A DNA stretch of 64,000 nt from an uncultured Acidobacteriota bacterium (GTDB taxonomy: Bacteria; Acidobacteriota; Thermoanaerobaculia; UBA5066), in assembly GCA_963779415.1 (NCBI GenBank), contig CAVZYA010000002.1, positions 1,504,001 to 1,568,000 of the forward strand, in the 5' to 3' direction. Below are positions 7,657 through 18,217 of the stretch, one piece after another. The notes below the pieces were generated by a model. That model was not told the DNA's origin. It did no database searches and saw only the letters and a list, made by a program, of their open reading frames with translations. The first letter of the stretch is position 1, and every line of letters starts with the position of its first letter. The position numbers and the translations under genes are program-made.

Positions 7657-10413
7657 ATGCATCTCAATCCACGAGGCCTTCGGGCCGGCCTCCCGATCCT
7701 TCTGGCCTGTGTCGGTCTTCTGGCCGGCTGTTCGAGCGGCACGACTCCCGTGGCCTCGACCGGCCCGGGCGACGCGCCGGCCGTCCTGAACGGAGCCACG
7801 CTGCTCGCCGACGGGGAGAGCCCCCGGCTGCTCCTTTCCGGCAGTGGAAAGATCTCGCCGACGGTCTACAGCCGCGACGGCCAGACCCGGATCGTGATCG
7901 ACATTCCCGACGTGATTCCGTCCCCCGGACTCGAGCCACCCCGCGCCGACGGAGTCGTCCTCTCGAAGGTCGAGATGAGGTCCTTCTCGGAGCTGGGCCG
8001 CCCGCATGTCCAGCTCGACCTCCAGTCCGCTCTTCCGCTCGAGGCCCGGATCGGAAACGAGCCGACCGGCTCCGCGACGGCCGTATTCCTCGAGAGGCCC
8101 GCGCCGGCCGCGGCCGCCTCCGCGGTCCCGGATCCCCCTCCGGTAGCCGTCCCCGCCTCGCCCGCCGTCGTCTCCGAGAACCGCCCCTCGTCCTCCGCCT
8201 CATCGTCTTCGCCGGCCCCGCCGGCCGTGGCCGCTTTGTCGGCTCCGCCGGCTGCCGCCGACGTGGCCCCGGTCCCGATCCGGCACGCCGCCGCGGGAAA
8301 GAGCGCCACGCGTCTTTCGGGCATCGGCCTCAAGCCGCGAGGGGACGGCGTGACGATCGTCCTCTCGGGTAACGGCGCGTTCACCTACGACACGTTCGCG
8401 CTCTCGAACCCGCCCCGGTATGTGATCGACCTGCCCGGCATCATCAACGGCGCCGGGAAGAAAACCCGGGACGTCGAGGCCGCCTCGCTCTCCCGGGTCC
8501 GTGTCTCCCAGTTCCGAGGGGGGCCGGATCCCGTCACGCGAGTCGTCTTCGATCTCTCGTCGGACGACGTCGAGCCGTCCATCGCCGCCTCGGGCGCCGG
8601 CCTCGCCGTGACCTTCCGGTCGTCCACCCGCATCGCCGCCGCCGTACCGGCACCGGCTCCGCCGCCTGTCGCTCCGGCCGCGGAACCGCCGCCCCCCGCT
8701 TCGCAGACGACGGTGTCGCCCGCGGCCGCCGCGGCTCCGGCCGCCGCCTCCTACGAGAAGCACGAGACGGAGGAGACCGCGGAGAAGATCGTTCCTCCCT
8801 CGACCGGAGCCACGACCGCGCCGGAAGTCCCGAAGCCGGCGCCCACCCCGGAGATGCCGGCGGCCTCCGCGGCGACCGTCGCGGTTTCCCCTGCGCCCCC
8901 TCCTCCTGCCAAACAGGAACCAGCCGTCGTCGCATCCGTCCCGGCCCCGGTCCCCGCCCCGGCGGCTCCCGCCCCGGCTCCCGTGAAGGTGGACGCCGCC
9001 CCGCAGCTCGTCGAGTCTTCGCCCGAGATCCGGCAGGCGAAGCCGGAAGAAGCGGCGAAACCGGCCCCGCGCCGCCCGAGGACGCCGGGCCCGGAGGACA
9101 AGGCTCTCATCGAGGCCGCCGAAGCTCTCCTGAACCAGCAGCCGGGCACATCGCAGAGCCGCGAGCTGCAGAGTTCCTTCGAGACCAAGACGCTCGGCGC
9201 CGGGGATCGCCAGTACACGGGGGACCCGATCACGCTGAACCTCAAGGACGCCGACATCAAGGACACCCTTCAGCGATTCAGCGAGCTGACGCAGCTGAAC
9301 ATCGTTCTCGACCCGGACGTGCGGGGCACGGTCACGGTCAGCCTGACGGACATCCCATGGGACCAGGCGCTCGAGCTGATCCTCCGGATCAACCAGCTCG
9401 GCTACGTCATCGAGGGGAACGTGATGAGGATCGCCTCCACGGCCAAGCTGGCCCAGGAGGAGACGTCTCGCCTCCAGTTCCTCCGCGCGCAGGATCAGAA
9501 CCGCCCGCTCAAGACGGTTCTGCAGCGCGTCTCGTACGCCGACGCGGCCGGCATCGCCGCCACGGCGAAGAAGATCATGTCCTCGCGCGGCGACATCCTC
9601 GTCGACGCACGGACCCAGACCCTCATCATCAAGGAGCTGCCGGATTATCTCCCGACGGTCCTCGACCTGATCAAGAACCTCGACATCCCGAATCTGCAGG
9701 TCATGATCGAGGCCCGGATCATCGAGGCGACGCGGACCTTCTCGCAGGAGCTCGGGATCATCTGGGGCTTCAACGCGACCGCGAGCGGCGCGACGGGCAA
9801 CACGACCGGGCTCACGTTCCCGAACAACGGCTCCATCACCGGCCTGGTGAACCTCCCGAGCGGCGCGCCGGCGGTCCTCAACATCGCGGCGGGAAACGTC
9901 CTCGACACCTTCCATCTCGACGCCGAGATCCACGCAGCCGAGTCCCGCGGCCTCGTGAAGGTCGTCTCGACGCCGAAGGTCCAGACGCAGACGGGAGAAC
10001 AGGCCTCGATCCAGTCCGGCTACCAGATCCCGGTCCAGACGACCGTCAACAACACGACGACGGTCCTCTACATCAACGCGACGCTCCGCCTCGACGTGAC
10101 GCCGAACATCACGACCGAGGGGACGATCACGATGGACATCCAGATCCAGAAGCGCGAGCCGGCCGTCGGCATCAACATCGCCGGCGGCGGGAACATCCCG
10201 CTCACGACGCGCGACGCCAAGACGCGGCTCATGGTGAAGGACGGCGGGACGGCCGTGATCGGCGGCATTTTCAAGCTGACGTCGAACGACGGCCAGTCGA
10301 TGATCCCGGGCCTCTGGAAGATTCCGATCATCGGGAACCTGTTCCGTGACCGTTCGATCGAAGAAGATACCGACGAGCTGATGATCTTCATCACGCCGCG
10401 GATCATCCGGTGA
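7657..10413 (+). CDS. pilQ: Type IV pilus secretin PilQ with lipobox, two AMIN-like domains and long Pro/Ala linkers
   Basis: YTGDPITLNLKDADIKD, QVMIEARIIE, KIPIIGNLFR, ELMIFITPRII; AMIN motifs RIVIDIP and LSNPPRYVIDLPG/VRVSQF; LLAGC lipobox after ATG 7657. Confidence 0.95.
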   Translation: MHLNPRGLRAGLPILLACVGLLAGCSSGTTPVASTGPGDAPAVLNGATLLADGESPRLLLSGSGKISPTVYSRDGQTRIVIDIPDVIPSPGLEPPRADGVVLSKVEMRSFSELGRPHVQLDLQSALPLEARIGNEPTGSATAVFLERPAPAAAASAVPDPPPVAVPASPAVVSENRPSSSASSSSPAPPAVAALSAPPAAADVAPVPIRHAAAGKSATRLSGIGLKPRGDGVTIVLSGNGAFTYDTFALSNPPRYVIDLPGIINGAGKKTRDVEAASLSRVRVSQFRGGPDPVTRVVFDLSSDDVEPSIAASGAGLAVTFRSSTRIAAAVPAPAPPPVAPAAEPPPPASQTTVSPAAAAAPAAASYEKHETEETAEKIVPPSTGATTAPEVPKPAPTPEMPAASAATVAVSPAPPPPAKQEPAVVASVPAPVPAPAAPAPAPVKVDAAPQLVESSPEIRQAKPEEAAKPAPRRPRTPGPEDKALIEAAEALLNQQPGTSQSRELQSSFETKTLGAGDRQYTGDPITLNLKDADIKDTLQRFSELTQLNIVLDPDVRGTVTVSLTDIPWDQALELILRINQLGYVIEGNVMRIASTAKLAQEETSRLQFLRAQDQNRPLKTVLQRVSYADAAGIAATAKKIMSSRGDILVDARTQTLIIKELPDYLPTVLDLIKNLDIPNLQVMIEARIIEATRTFSQELGIIWGFNATASGATGNTTGLTFPNNGSITGLVNLPSGAPAVLNIAAGNVLDTFHLDAEIHAAESRGLVKVVSTPKVQTQTGEQASIQSGYQIPVQTTVNNTTTVLYINATLRLDVTPNITTEGTITMDIQIQKREPAVGINIAGGGNIPLTTRDAKTRLMVKDGGTAVIGGIFKLTSNDGQSMIPGLWKIPIIGNLFRDRSIEEDTDELMIFITPRIIR

Positions 10414-10426
10414 AGAGGTGAGGAGC

Positions 10427-11018
10427 ATGAAGACGCCGCTCCGTTTCGTCGCGATCCTCATCGCGGTCGGCCGTCGCCGGGACCGGCTGCTCGGGGAACA
10501 CCCAGGGGGACAGCACGTCCCCCGTCTACCTGACCTGCGACTTCACCCTCCGTCCGGCCGTGAAGTCCGTGAACGACGGTCTCCCCCTCCAGTTCCAGAA
10601 CGTCACGCTCACGAGCAAGCTGAAGATCCCCACGACGACGTCTCCCACGGCGTTCCTCGACACGCAGGTGGACACCTACGTGGTCGTCTGGACCCGGATC
10701 GACGGCGGGAAGACGGCCTCGCCGAGCCAGACTTTCACCCCCGGCGTCATCGTCCCGGCGGCCGGAATTTCGACGCTCCAGAATTACATCTTCATGACTC
10801 CGGTGGAGCTCCAGCAGCCGCCCCTGAGCTTCCTCTTCCCGTACAACGGCGGCATCGACCCGGAAACCCACTCGACCGAGATCCGGCAGAGCGGCACCGT
10901 GACGTTCTACGGTCACACGATGTCGGGCCAGCCGGTGACCTCGGTGCCCGCCGCCTTCGACATGGTGTTCCTCTACTCGGCGTCCGCGGGCCGCATTCAA
11001 GCGGCCCCGGCGCGGTGA
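10427..11018 (+). CDS. Putative lipoprotein downstream of pilQ, about 196 aa, with a +1 frame break near 10469
   Basis: AGGAG-ATG MKTPLRFVAILIAV joins AVAGTGCSGNTQGDS... (frame of ORF 10560-11018) if one G is removed, giving a complete signal peptide II with lipobox Cys. Confidence 0.7.
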
Positions 11019-11099
11019 GGCCGGCACACCACGCATATGAGACGTCCCGAGCCCCCTCCGACGGTCGCCCCCGGGCTCCTGAAGGCTGAGGTGAAGACC

Positions 11100-14015
11100 A
11101 TGCACCGACTTCCCACGTTCCCCGCCGCGGCCGTGGCCGGACTGGCGCTCTTCCTCGTCGCCTGCTCGGGCGAGACGCCAACATCGCCCAAGCCGGTGGC
11201 TACGCCGGGCAGCGGCACCTGCACGACCGTGATCGCCCTTCCCGCCGGACCGATCACCACGTACGCCGGAACGGCGATCAGCCTTCGAGCCCTGGTGACT
11301 ATCGGGGGCGTGGCCGTGCCGGACAACTCGTCGGTGAGCTTTACGACCACACTCGGCTTTTTCAACGAGAACGGCCTGCCCACGATCTCCAAGACGACGA
11401 TCAGCGGCGATGCGGACGTCTCGCCGGGCTCGCTCGTGTCCGGCACGGCGACGGTTCGCGCCGCTTTCGGCTGCGCGAGCGCCTCCGTCCAGATCGTCTT
11501 CCAGGCGCCCCCGGACAGCGGGCCGTACATTTCCCTCATCCAGCCGAACAGCGGGACGTCGGCGGGCGGCGACACCGTCGTCATCTCCGGAGGCCGTTTC
11601 GGCACTAGCGCCTCCGTCAGCAGCGTGACGTTCGGAGGGGCCCCGGTGGCGCCCTCCTCGGTCGTGGACACGAGCATCACGGTCCGGACACCCCCCCGGA
11701 CGCTCGCGAATCCGCAGGTTCCCGAGACCGTAGACGTCTGCGTCCGCTACTACTCGGGTCTGGCGTCCATCTGCGCGACGAAGTTCGGCCTGCCCGGCTT
11801 CACGTACTACGCGATCGATCCGACCAAGAAGATGACGCTGTCGAGCCTGTCGCCGACGTCCGGCTCTCCGAACGGGAACGAAACCGTGACGATTCTCGGC
11901 AACAACTTCGGGTCGAGCATCGCGACGGCGAAGGTCACGTTCTGCGGCCTCCCGGCGTCGATCCTCTCGATGGGCGACAACGCGATCGGAGTCTCGACAC
12001 CGCGGAAGGTCCTCGCGAACCCGGCCGTCTCCGAAACGTGCGACGTCGTCGTGACGATCGATCTCGGGAAGGTCTCGACGCAATCGCAGGTCCTGCCCCA
12101 GGCGTTCACCTACCGCGGGAGCGGGGGAGCCGGCACCTGCGGGACGGATCCGAGCATCTTCATCTCGTCGATCTCGCCGAACACGGGTCCGCCCGAGGGC
12201 GGCACGACCGTCACGATCGCCGGCGGAGGCTTCCCGACCAACGTGGCTTCCGCGAGCGTCACCTTCGGCGGCACGGCCGCCCAGATCCTGAACTCCGGCG
12301 CGAACTCGATCGGCGTCGTGACCCCGCGGCACACGCTCGCGGATCCGCTGATCCCGGAGACCGTGGACATCGTCGTCACCGACCTCGGAAGCCCGAACGG
12401 ACGCTGTGCGCGTTTGACGGCAGGCTTCACCTACACGCAGCAGGCGCTGACGCCGACGATCTACTCGATCTCCCCGACGACCGGCCCGAACGACTCGCCG
12501 ACCCGCGTGACGATCTTCGGAACCGGCTTCCAGTTCCCCGAGCAGGTCTTCCTGACGGGCGGGGCGTGCGGCGCCACGAAGATCGAGGCCCCGGTCATCT
12601 CGGCGATAACGCTCAACCAGATCGGCTTCCAGACGCCGGTCGCGGCGGGCGGCTACGCCTGCCTCGCCGGCTCGCAGGTCGACGTCCAGGTGCTCAACCC
12701 GAACACGGGCAAGACCGCGAGCTGCCCGGGCTGCTTCAAGTTCTACGCGTGCCCGACCGGCACGACGGCGTCGCCGTCGGTCGTCGGGACGAACGGGGGG
12801 ACGGTCATCGTCAACGGCAACAACTTCCAGGCGCCCGTGGTCGCCACCTTCGTGGCATCGGGGCTGCCGGCATACCCGCTGACGGTCACCTCCGTCTCGT
12901 CCACGTCGGTCGTCCTTCAGATGCCGCCGTACGCCTCCATCGTGCCGGGCTCCGCGTCCTGCCTTTCGATCGCCGGCTCGATCAACATCACCTCGACCGG
13001 TCTTTCCTGCTCCGCTCCGGCCCAGGTGCAGATGACCTATCGCCCCGATGTGCCGACGGTAACTTCCGCGTCGCCGACGACCCTGAGCCAGGACGGAGGC
13101 GGGGCGACGATCACGGTGAACGGCTCGGGATGGGTTGCCGGCGACACGCTGAGCGTTTCGCTGATCTCCGGCGGCGGTGTGGTATCCGGAACGACGAGGA
13201 GCGCGACGGTCACGGGCGCGGGCGCCCTGACGTTCACGGCTCCGGCGGTCCCGGACGCGGCGTTCAACCGCGTCAACTGCGCGACGGTCTCCGGCGGGCC
13301 GATAGACGGCACGCAGGCCGTGCCGACGCAGTTCGGCATCCGGGTCACGAACCTGAAGAGCGGATGCTCGGGCGACCTCCAGGGAGTCCTGCTCTACAGC
13401 CCGCGGGCCGCGATCGCTGTCTGCACCGCGTCGCTTCAGATCACGACGGCGAGTCTGAATGCCGCGACGCTCTGTTCCGCCTACAGCAGCGGGATCACCG
13501 TGACCGGGGGGACGACCCCGTACATCTATTCACTCTCGGGAGCTCCCGCCTGGCTCACGATCAACCCCTCGACGGGAGTGCTGAGCGGAACCCCGAACAT
13601 TCTCCAGCCGCCCGCTATCGGCGGCGCCTATTCGACGCCCTCCTTCATCGTGGGGGTGACCGACGCCGCCTCGGCGAACGTCACGCGGGCGCTCTCGCTC
13701 ATCGTGAACGATCCGGACGGCCCGTTCTCGATCTCGGGAGCCTCGTCGGTCACGATCCCGGCTGGAGGCGGCTCGATTCCGCTCGCGGCTCTCCCGGCGA
13801 CGGGGTTCGCCCCGTACAACTGGTCATTCACCAGCCCGCCCTCGGATCCGGGAATCACGCTCTCGGCGGCGACGGGGGCCAGCATCAACGTCGACGTCGC
13901 GGGCTCGGTCCCGGCAGGGTCGTACAGCATTTCGGTCAAGGCGACGGACTCGCCCTCCTGCGGCGGGGCGACCCACACCTTCACTTTGGCGATCTCGGTG
14001 ACGAAATCGCCCTAG
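11100..14015 (+). CDS. Large Cys-rich lipoprotein with about six IPT/TIG repeats and C-terminal putative Ig domains
   Basis: LVAC lipobox; repeats ISSISPNTGPPEGGTTVTIAGGGF...AFTY; C-terminal GGTTPYIYSLSGAPAWLTINPSTGVLSGTP (He_PIG-like). Confidence 0.85.
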   Translation: MHRLPTFPAAAVAGLALFLVACSGETPTSPKPVATPGSGTCTTVIALPAGPITTYAGTAISLRALVTIGGVAVPDNSSVSFTTTLGFFNENGLPTISKTTISGDADVSPGSLVSGTATVRAAFGCASASVQIVFQAPPDSGPYISLIQPNSGTSAGGDTVVISGGRFGTSASVSSVTFGGAPVAPSSVVDTSITVRTPPRTLANPQVPETVDVCVRYYSGLASICATKFGLPGFTYYAIDPTKKMTLSSLSPTSGSPNGNETVTILGNNFGSSIATAKVTFCGLPASILSMGDNAIGVSTPRKVLANPAVSETCDVVVTIDLGKVSTQSQVLPQAFTYRGSGGAGTCGTDPSIFISSISPNTGPPEGGTTVTIAGGGFPTNVASASVTFGGTAAQILNSGANSIGVVTPRHTLADPLIPETVDIVVTDLGSPNGRCARLTAGFTYTQQALTPTIYSISPTTGPNDSPTRVTIFGTGFQFPEQVFLTGGACGATKIEAPVISAITLNQIGFQTPVAAGGYACLAGSQVDVQVLNPNTGKTASCPGCFKFYACPTGTTASPSVVGTNGGTVIVNGNNFQAPVVATFVASGLPAYPLTVTSVSSTSVVLQMPPYASIVPGSASCLSIAGSINITSTGLSCSAPAQVQMTYRPDVPTVTSASPTTLSQDGGGATITVNGSGWVAGDTLSVSLISGGGVVSGTTRSATVTGAGALTFTAPAVPDAAFNRVNCATVSGGPIDGTQAVPTQFGIRVTNLKSGCSGDLQGVLLYSPRAAIAVCTASLQITTASLNAATLCSAYSSGITVTGGTTPYIYSLSGAPAWLTINPSTGVLSGTPNILQPPAIGGAYSTPSFIVGVTDAASANVTRALSLIVNDPDGPFSISGASSVTIPAGGGSIPLAALPATGFAPYNWSFTSPPSDPGITLSAATGASINVDVAGSVPAGSYSISVKATDSPSCGGATHTFTLAISVTKSP

Positions 14016-14038
14016 CGAGGCTCGACACGGAGAATCCC

Positions 14039-14072
14039 CTCGGGCCGCCCCGGCGGGGCGGCCCGAGCTTTC
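14039..14072 (+). terminator. Intrinsic terminator ending the pil operon
   Basis: CTCGGGCCGCCCC-GGC-GGGGCGGCCCGAG 13-bp stem followed by CTTTC. Confidence 0.7.
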
Positions 14073-14103
14073 TGGCCCTGTTGACCTAGACTCCGAGGCT
14101 CGA

Positions 14104-15765
14104 ATGGCCCTGTTCGGAAGCACGCCGGCGCCGACTTCGCGGCTCGAAGAGCTGAAGAGGGTTCTTCAGCGCGATCCGACGTCGCGCCAGTTCCTCGCCC
14201 TCGCGGAGGAGTACCGCAAGCATGGGAAGGTGCGCGACGCGATCGTCACCATCGAGCGGGGCCTCTCCATCCACACGAGCTCCGTCGCGGCATACGTCTC
14301 GCTCGGAAAGGCTTACCAGCAGATCGAGCGCTGGGAGGAAGCCATCCGTGCCTATCAGAACGCTCTTCGGTACGACCGGGAGAACCTCGTCGCGATCCGG
14401 CAGCTCGCGGACGTTCATCTCTCGAGGGGAGAGAAGCTCGAAGCGCTGAAGAAGCTCAAGCTCTACCAGGGACTCAAGCCCGGCGAAAAGGACGTGCAGG
14501 AGGCGATCGAGCGACTCCAGGGCGAACTCGAGCCGGGGCAGGCGCGGGCCTTTCCGACATCGGGAATCCGCTCTCTCCGGACGGAGCGTCCCGCTGCGGC
14601 GGCTCCGGCCGCTGCGACGGCCCCTGCGGTGCACGAGCCGCTCCCCGTGGAGCGCCCTCCTTTGCCCGATAGCACCGCTCCGTTCGACGTGCCGGCGGCG
14701 CCGGCCTGGAACCAGGAGCCGGACGTTTTTTCCGTCGAAGCCCCGACCTTGCCGACGCGCGTGCCATCGACGCCGGAAGTCCCCGCGTTCGTGGAGACGG
14801 AACTGTCGGCGCCCGAACCCGGTCCGGCGGCGCCGGTCGGAACCCGCCCGGAGGCGCCACGCTCGCCGCGAGAGGAGATCCCGCTGGTGGAGCGCGTTCT
14901 GCGGGACGTGCGTCACGGCCTGCCGCGCCGGGAATTGAGCGAGTCTACGGCGCCGCTCGAGATCCCCGGCCCGGAAACGCTTCTTCCGACTCCCGACTTC
15001 GCGGCGCTCGATCTGGACCCGTCTGCGGCCGCCGCGACGGCAGCAGCGGTATCGACCGCACCGGAGGCCGCGGCAGCCGAGGCCCCGTCCGTCGAGGCCC
15101 TGGTGTTCGAGGTGCCCGCGCCCGAAGAGAACCCGGCGCCGGAGGATTCCGGGACCGCGAGCGAGTCGCCGACCGCGCCGCTCGTCACCGAGACGCTCGC
15201 CGAGCTCTATCGCTCGCAGGGTTACCTCGCCGAGGCGCGCGAAGTCTATCTTTCCCTCGCGGCGTCCGCGGAGGATCCGCGGGCGGCCGTGGCCTTCTCC
15301 GAAAAAGCCGAAGCGCTTCGCGAGTCGGGACGACACGTCGCCGTGCGGAAGCGGCTGGAAGGCCTTCTGGCCCCCTTCGAGCCGGCGCCTCCTCTCGCGA
15401 ACGAGGACCTCTCGGCGCTCCTCCGCGGTCTCGTCGCGGCGGTTCCGGGCCTTCGGAGCGCCGCCCTCACCGACCGGGAAGGGCTGGCGGTCCTGACCGA
15501 GGGGCTGCGAGAGGAAGGGGAGACCCTGGAGGCGCTTCTCGCGGAGCTCACCTCCTTCGTGAAGAACGTCGGGCGAAGCGGTGCCGAAATCGGCGCCGGA
15601 CCCCTCCGGTCTCTCGCACTGGTCGGCGAGAAGGGGGCCGCGGTCCTCGCAAACGTGAATGCGGACTATGCCCTCGTCCTCGAGTCGGGCCCGGAAGCCG
15701 CTCTCGGCGAGGTGCGCTGGGCCGCCGCGAGCGCCGCCGAGCGGCTGCGGCCGGCCGTCGGGTAA
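14104..15765 (+). CDS. TPR protein with Pro/Glu-rich linker and C-terminal Roadblock/LC7 (MglB/MglC-like) domain
   Basis: N-terminal TPRs (FLALAEEYRKHG, AYVSLGKAY), TETLAELYRSQG motif, C-terminal VPGLRSAALTDREGL...ADYALVL...ALGEVRW roadblock pattern. Confidence 0.75.
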   Translation: MALFGSTPAPTSRLEELKRVLQRDPTSRQFLALAEEYRKHGKVRDAIVTIERGLSIHTSSVAAYVSLGKAYQQIERWEEAIRAYQNALRYDRENLVAIRQLADVHLSRGEKLEALKKLKLYQGLKPGEKDVQEAIERLQGELEPGQARAFPTSGIRSLRTERPAAAAPAAATAPAVHEPLPVERPPLPDSTAPFDVPAAPAWNQEPDVFSVEAPTLPTRVPSTPEVPAFVETELSAPEPGPAAPVGTRPEAPRSPREEIPLVERVLRDVRHGLPRRELSESTAPLEIPGPETLLPTPDFAALDLDPSAAAATAAAVSTAPEAAAAEAPSVEALVFEVPAPEENPAPEDSGTASESPTAPLVTETLAELYRSQGYLAEAREVYLSLAASAEDPRAAVAFSEKAEALRESGRHVAVRKRLEGLLAPFEPAPPLANEDLSALLRGLVAAVPGLRSAALTDREGLAVLTEGLREEGETLEALLAELTSFVKNVGRSGAEIGAGPLRSLALVGEKGAAVLANVNADYALVLESGPEAALGEVRWAAASAAERLRPAVG

Positions 15766-15777
15766 GAAAGGGAGCCG

Positions 15778-16283
<506 letters not shown>

Positions 16284-16308
16284 GGCGGGGCAGGGCGGGT
16301 CCGGGCGC

Positions 16309-17679
16309 ATGTTCCGCAAGGTCCTCATCGCGAACCGGGGGGAGATCGCCCTGCGGGTCATCGCGGCCTGCAAAGAGCTCGGTGTCGCCACGGTCGCCGT
16401 CCACTCGGAGCCCGACCGCGACGCTCTCCACGTCCAGGTGGCGGACGAGTCGGTCTGTATCGGCCCGGCCGCGCCGGCCGGCTCGTACCTCAACATCGCG
16501 TCGATCGTCGCGGCCGCCGAAATCACGGGCGCCGACGCCGTCCATCCCGGCTACGGCTTTCTCGCCGAGAACGCCCACTTCGCGGAGATCCTGACGGATG
16601 TCGGGCTCGCGTGGATCGGCCCGTCGCCCCACGCGATCCGCGCGATGGGGGACAAGTCCGTCGCCAAGGAGACGGTCGCGCGCGTCGGCGTCCCCACGAT
16701 TCCGGGGAGCGCCGGTCCCCTCGCGTCGGTCGAGGACGCGCTGACGCTCGCGGGACGCATCGGGTATCCCATCCTCCTGAAGGCCGTGGCCGGGGGCGGC
16801 GGCCGGGGGATGCGGCTCGCCGGAAACGACCGGGAGCTTGCCGCGGCGTTCGACCTCGCGACGGCCGAGGCCGAGCGGGCGTTCGGAAACGGCGCCGTCT
16901 ACCTCGAGAAGTACCTTTCCGAGCCGAGACACATCGAGATCCAGATCTTCGGCGACCGGACGGGAAAGGTGGTCCACCTCGGCGAGAGGGAATGTTCGCT
17001 GCAGCGCCGGCACCAGAAGATCCTCGAGGAGGCGCCGTCGATGGCGATGACGCCGGATCTCCGCCGCCGGATGGGCGAGGCCGCGGTTGCGGCCGGGAAG
17101 GCGGTCTCCTATACAGGGGCCGGGACCGTGGAGTTCCTGCTCGATCCGGACGGCTCCTTCTACTTCATGGAGATGAACACCCGGATCCAGGTCGAGCATC
17201 CCGTGACGGAGATGGTGACGGGGTTCGATCTCGTGAAGGAGCAGATCCTGGTCGCCGCGGGCGAGCCCCTCTCCTTCGGCGAGCCGCACAACGGCGACGG
17301 TTTTTCGCACCGCGGGCATGCGATCGAGTTCCGCGTGAACGCCGAGGATCCGGCCACGTTCGCGCCGTCGCCCGGAATCCTCACGACGATTCACCTGCCG
17401 GGAGGTCCCGGCGTCCGCGTCGACACGGCCGCGTATGCGGGCTGGATGATCCCCCCGCACTACGACTCGCTGATCGCCAAGCTCATCGTCCACGGACGGG
17501 ACCGCGAGGAGGCGATCATGCGAGGCCGGCGCGCGCTGGAGCTGTTCATCGTGGAAGGGGTGAAGACCACGATCCCCCTGCATCGCCACCTTCTCGACGA
17601 TCCGGATTTCCGTGCCGGCAAGTTCTCCACGAAGTGGCTGGAGCGCTGGCTCGAACGCCGACGGGAGGAGGGGTCCTGA
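16309..17679 (+). CDS. accC: Acetyl-CoA carboxylase biotin carboxylase subunit
   Basis: [65 protein letters not shown]. Confidence 0.97.
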   Translation: MFRKVLIANRGEIALRVIAACKELGVATVAVHSEPDRDALHVQVADESVCIGPAAPAGSYLNIASIVAAAEITGADAVHPGYGFLAENAHFAEILTDVGLAWIGPSPHAIRAMGDKSVAKETVARVGVPTIPGSAGPLASVEDALTLAGRIGYPILLKAVAGGGGRGMRLAGNDRELAAAFDLATAEAERAFGNGAVYLEKYLSEPRHIEIQIFGDRTGKVVHLGERECSLQRRHQKILEEAPSMAMTPDLRRRMGEAAVAAGKAVSYTGAGTVEFLLDPDGSFYFMEMNTRIQVEHPVTEMVTGFDLVKEQILVAAGEPLSFGEPHNGDGFSHRGHAIEFRVNAEDPATFAPSPGILTTIHLPGGPGVRVDTAAYAGWMIPPHYDSLIAKLIVHGRDREEAIMRGRRALELFIVEGVKTTIPLHRHLLDDPDFRAGKFSTKWLERWLERRREEGS

Positions 17680-18215
17680 CCGACCGGAATGCCCGCGTCT
17701 ATCTCGTGGGCTTCATGGGGAGCGGGAAGTCGACCGTGGGGCGGCGTCTCGCCGACCGCCTCGGCATTCCCTTCGTCGATCTGGACGAAGTCTTCGAGGC
17801 GATGGCGGGCGAGACGATCCGGACGACCTTCGAGACGCGCGGCGAGGCGTGGTTTCGCGCCCGGGAGGCCGAGCTGCTGCGCGGGACGGCGGATCTGCCG
17901 GCGGCGGTCGTGGCGCTGGGGGGAGGGACGTTCATCTTTCCCGAGAACGCCGCTTTCGTCAGGAAGCACGGCATCCCGGTCTTTCTCGACGTCTCCTTCG
18001 AGGATCTCGCGGCGCGCCTTCAGGGAAAGGCGGCCGACCGTCCGCTCTTCCGGTCGATGGAGGAGGCGCATCAGCTCTTCGAAGCGCGGAGACCCTTCTA
18101 TAGAATGGCGGACTTGACGATTCCGGTGGGGCGGGAGACGACCGTAGACGACATCGTCGGTCAGATCGCATCGGCGCTCGGGGACGCCGGCAACCGGCCG
18201 GGCGGGAGCCGCTGA
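17676..18215 (+). CDS. aroK: Shikimate kinase
   Basis: [34 protein letters not shown]. Start uncertain (CTG 17676 overlapping accC stop). Confidence 0.9.
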   Translation: MTDRNARVYLVGFMGSGKSTVGRRLADRLGIPFVDLDEVFEAMAGETIRTTFETRGEAWFRAREAELLRGTADLPAAVVALGGGTFIFPENAAFVRKHGIPVFLDVSFEDLAARLQGKAADRPLFRSMEEAHQLFEARRPFYRMADLTIPVGRETTVDDIVGQIASALGDAGNRPGGSR

Positions 18216-18217
18216 CG

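Noticed and set aside
8580-9110. DNA tandem repeats in the PilQ linker
   Set aside because: Low-complexity Pro/Ala coding only; no regular nucleotide repeat unit.
4751-10413. Type II secretion or Tad system
   Set aside because: PilM/N/O motifs and AMIN-bearing secretin match type IVa pili; no pilins or ATPases in the window to support another class.
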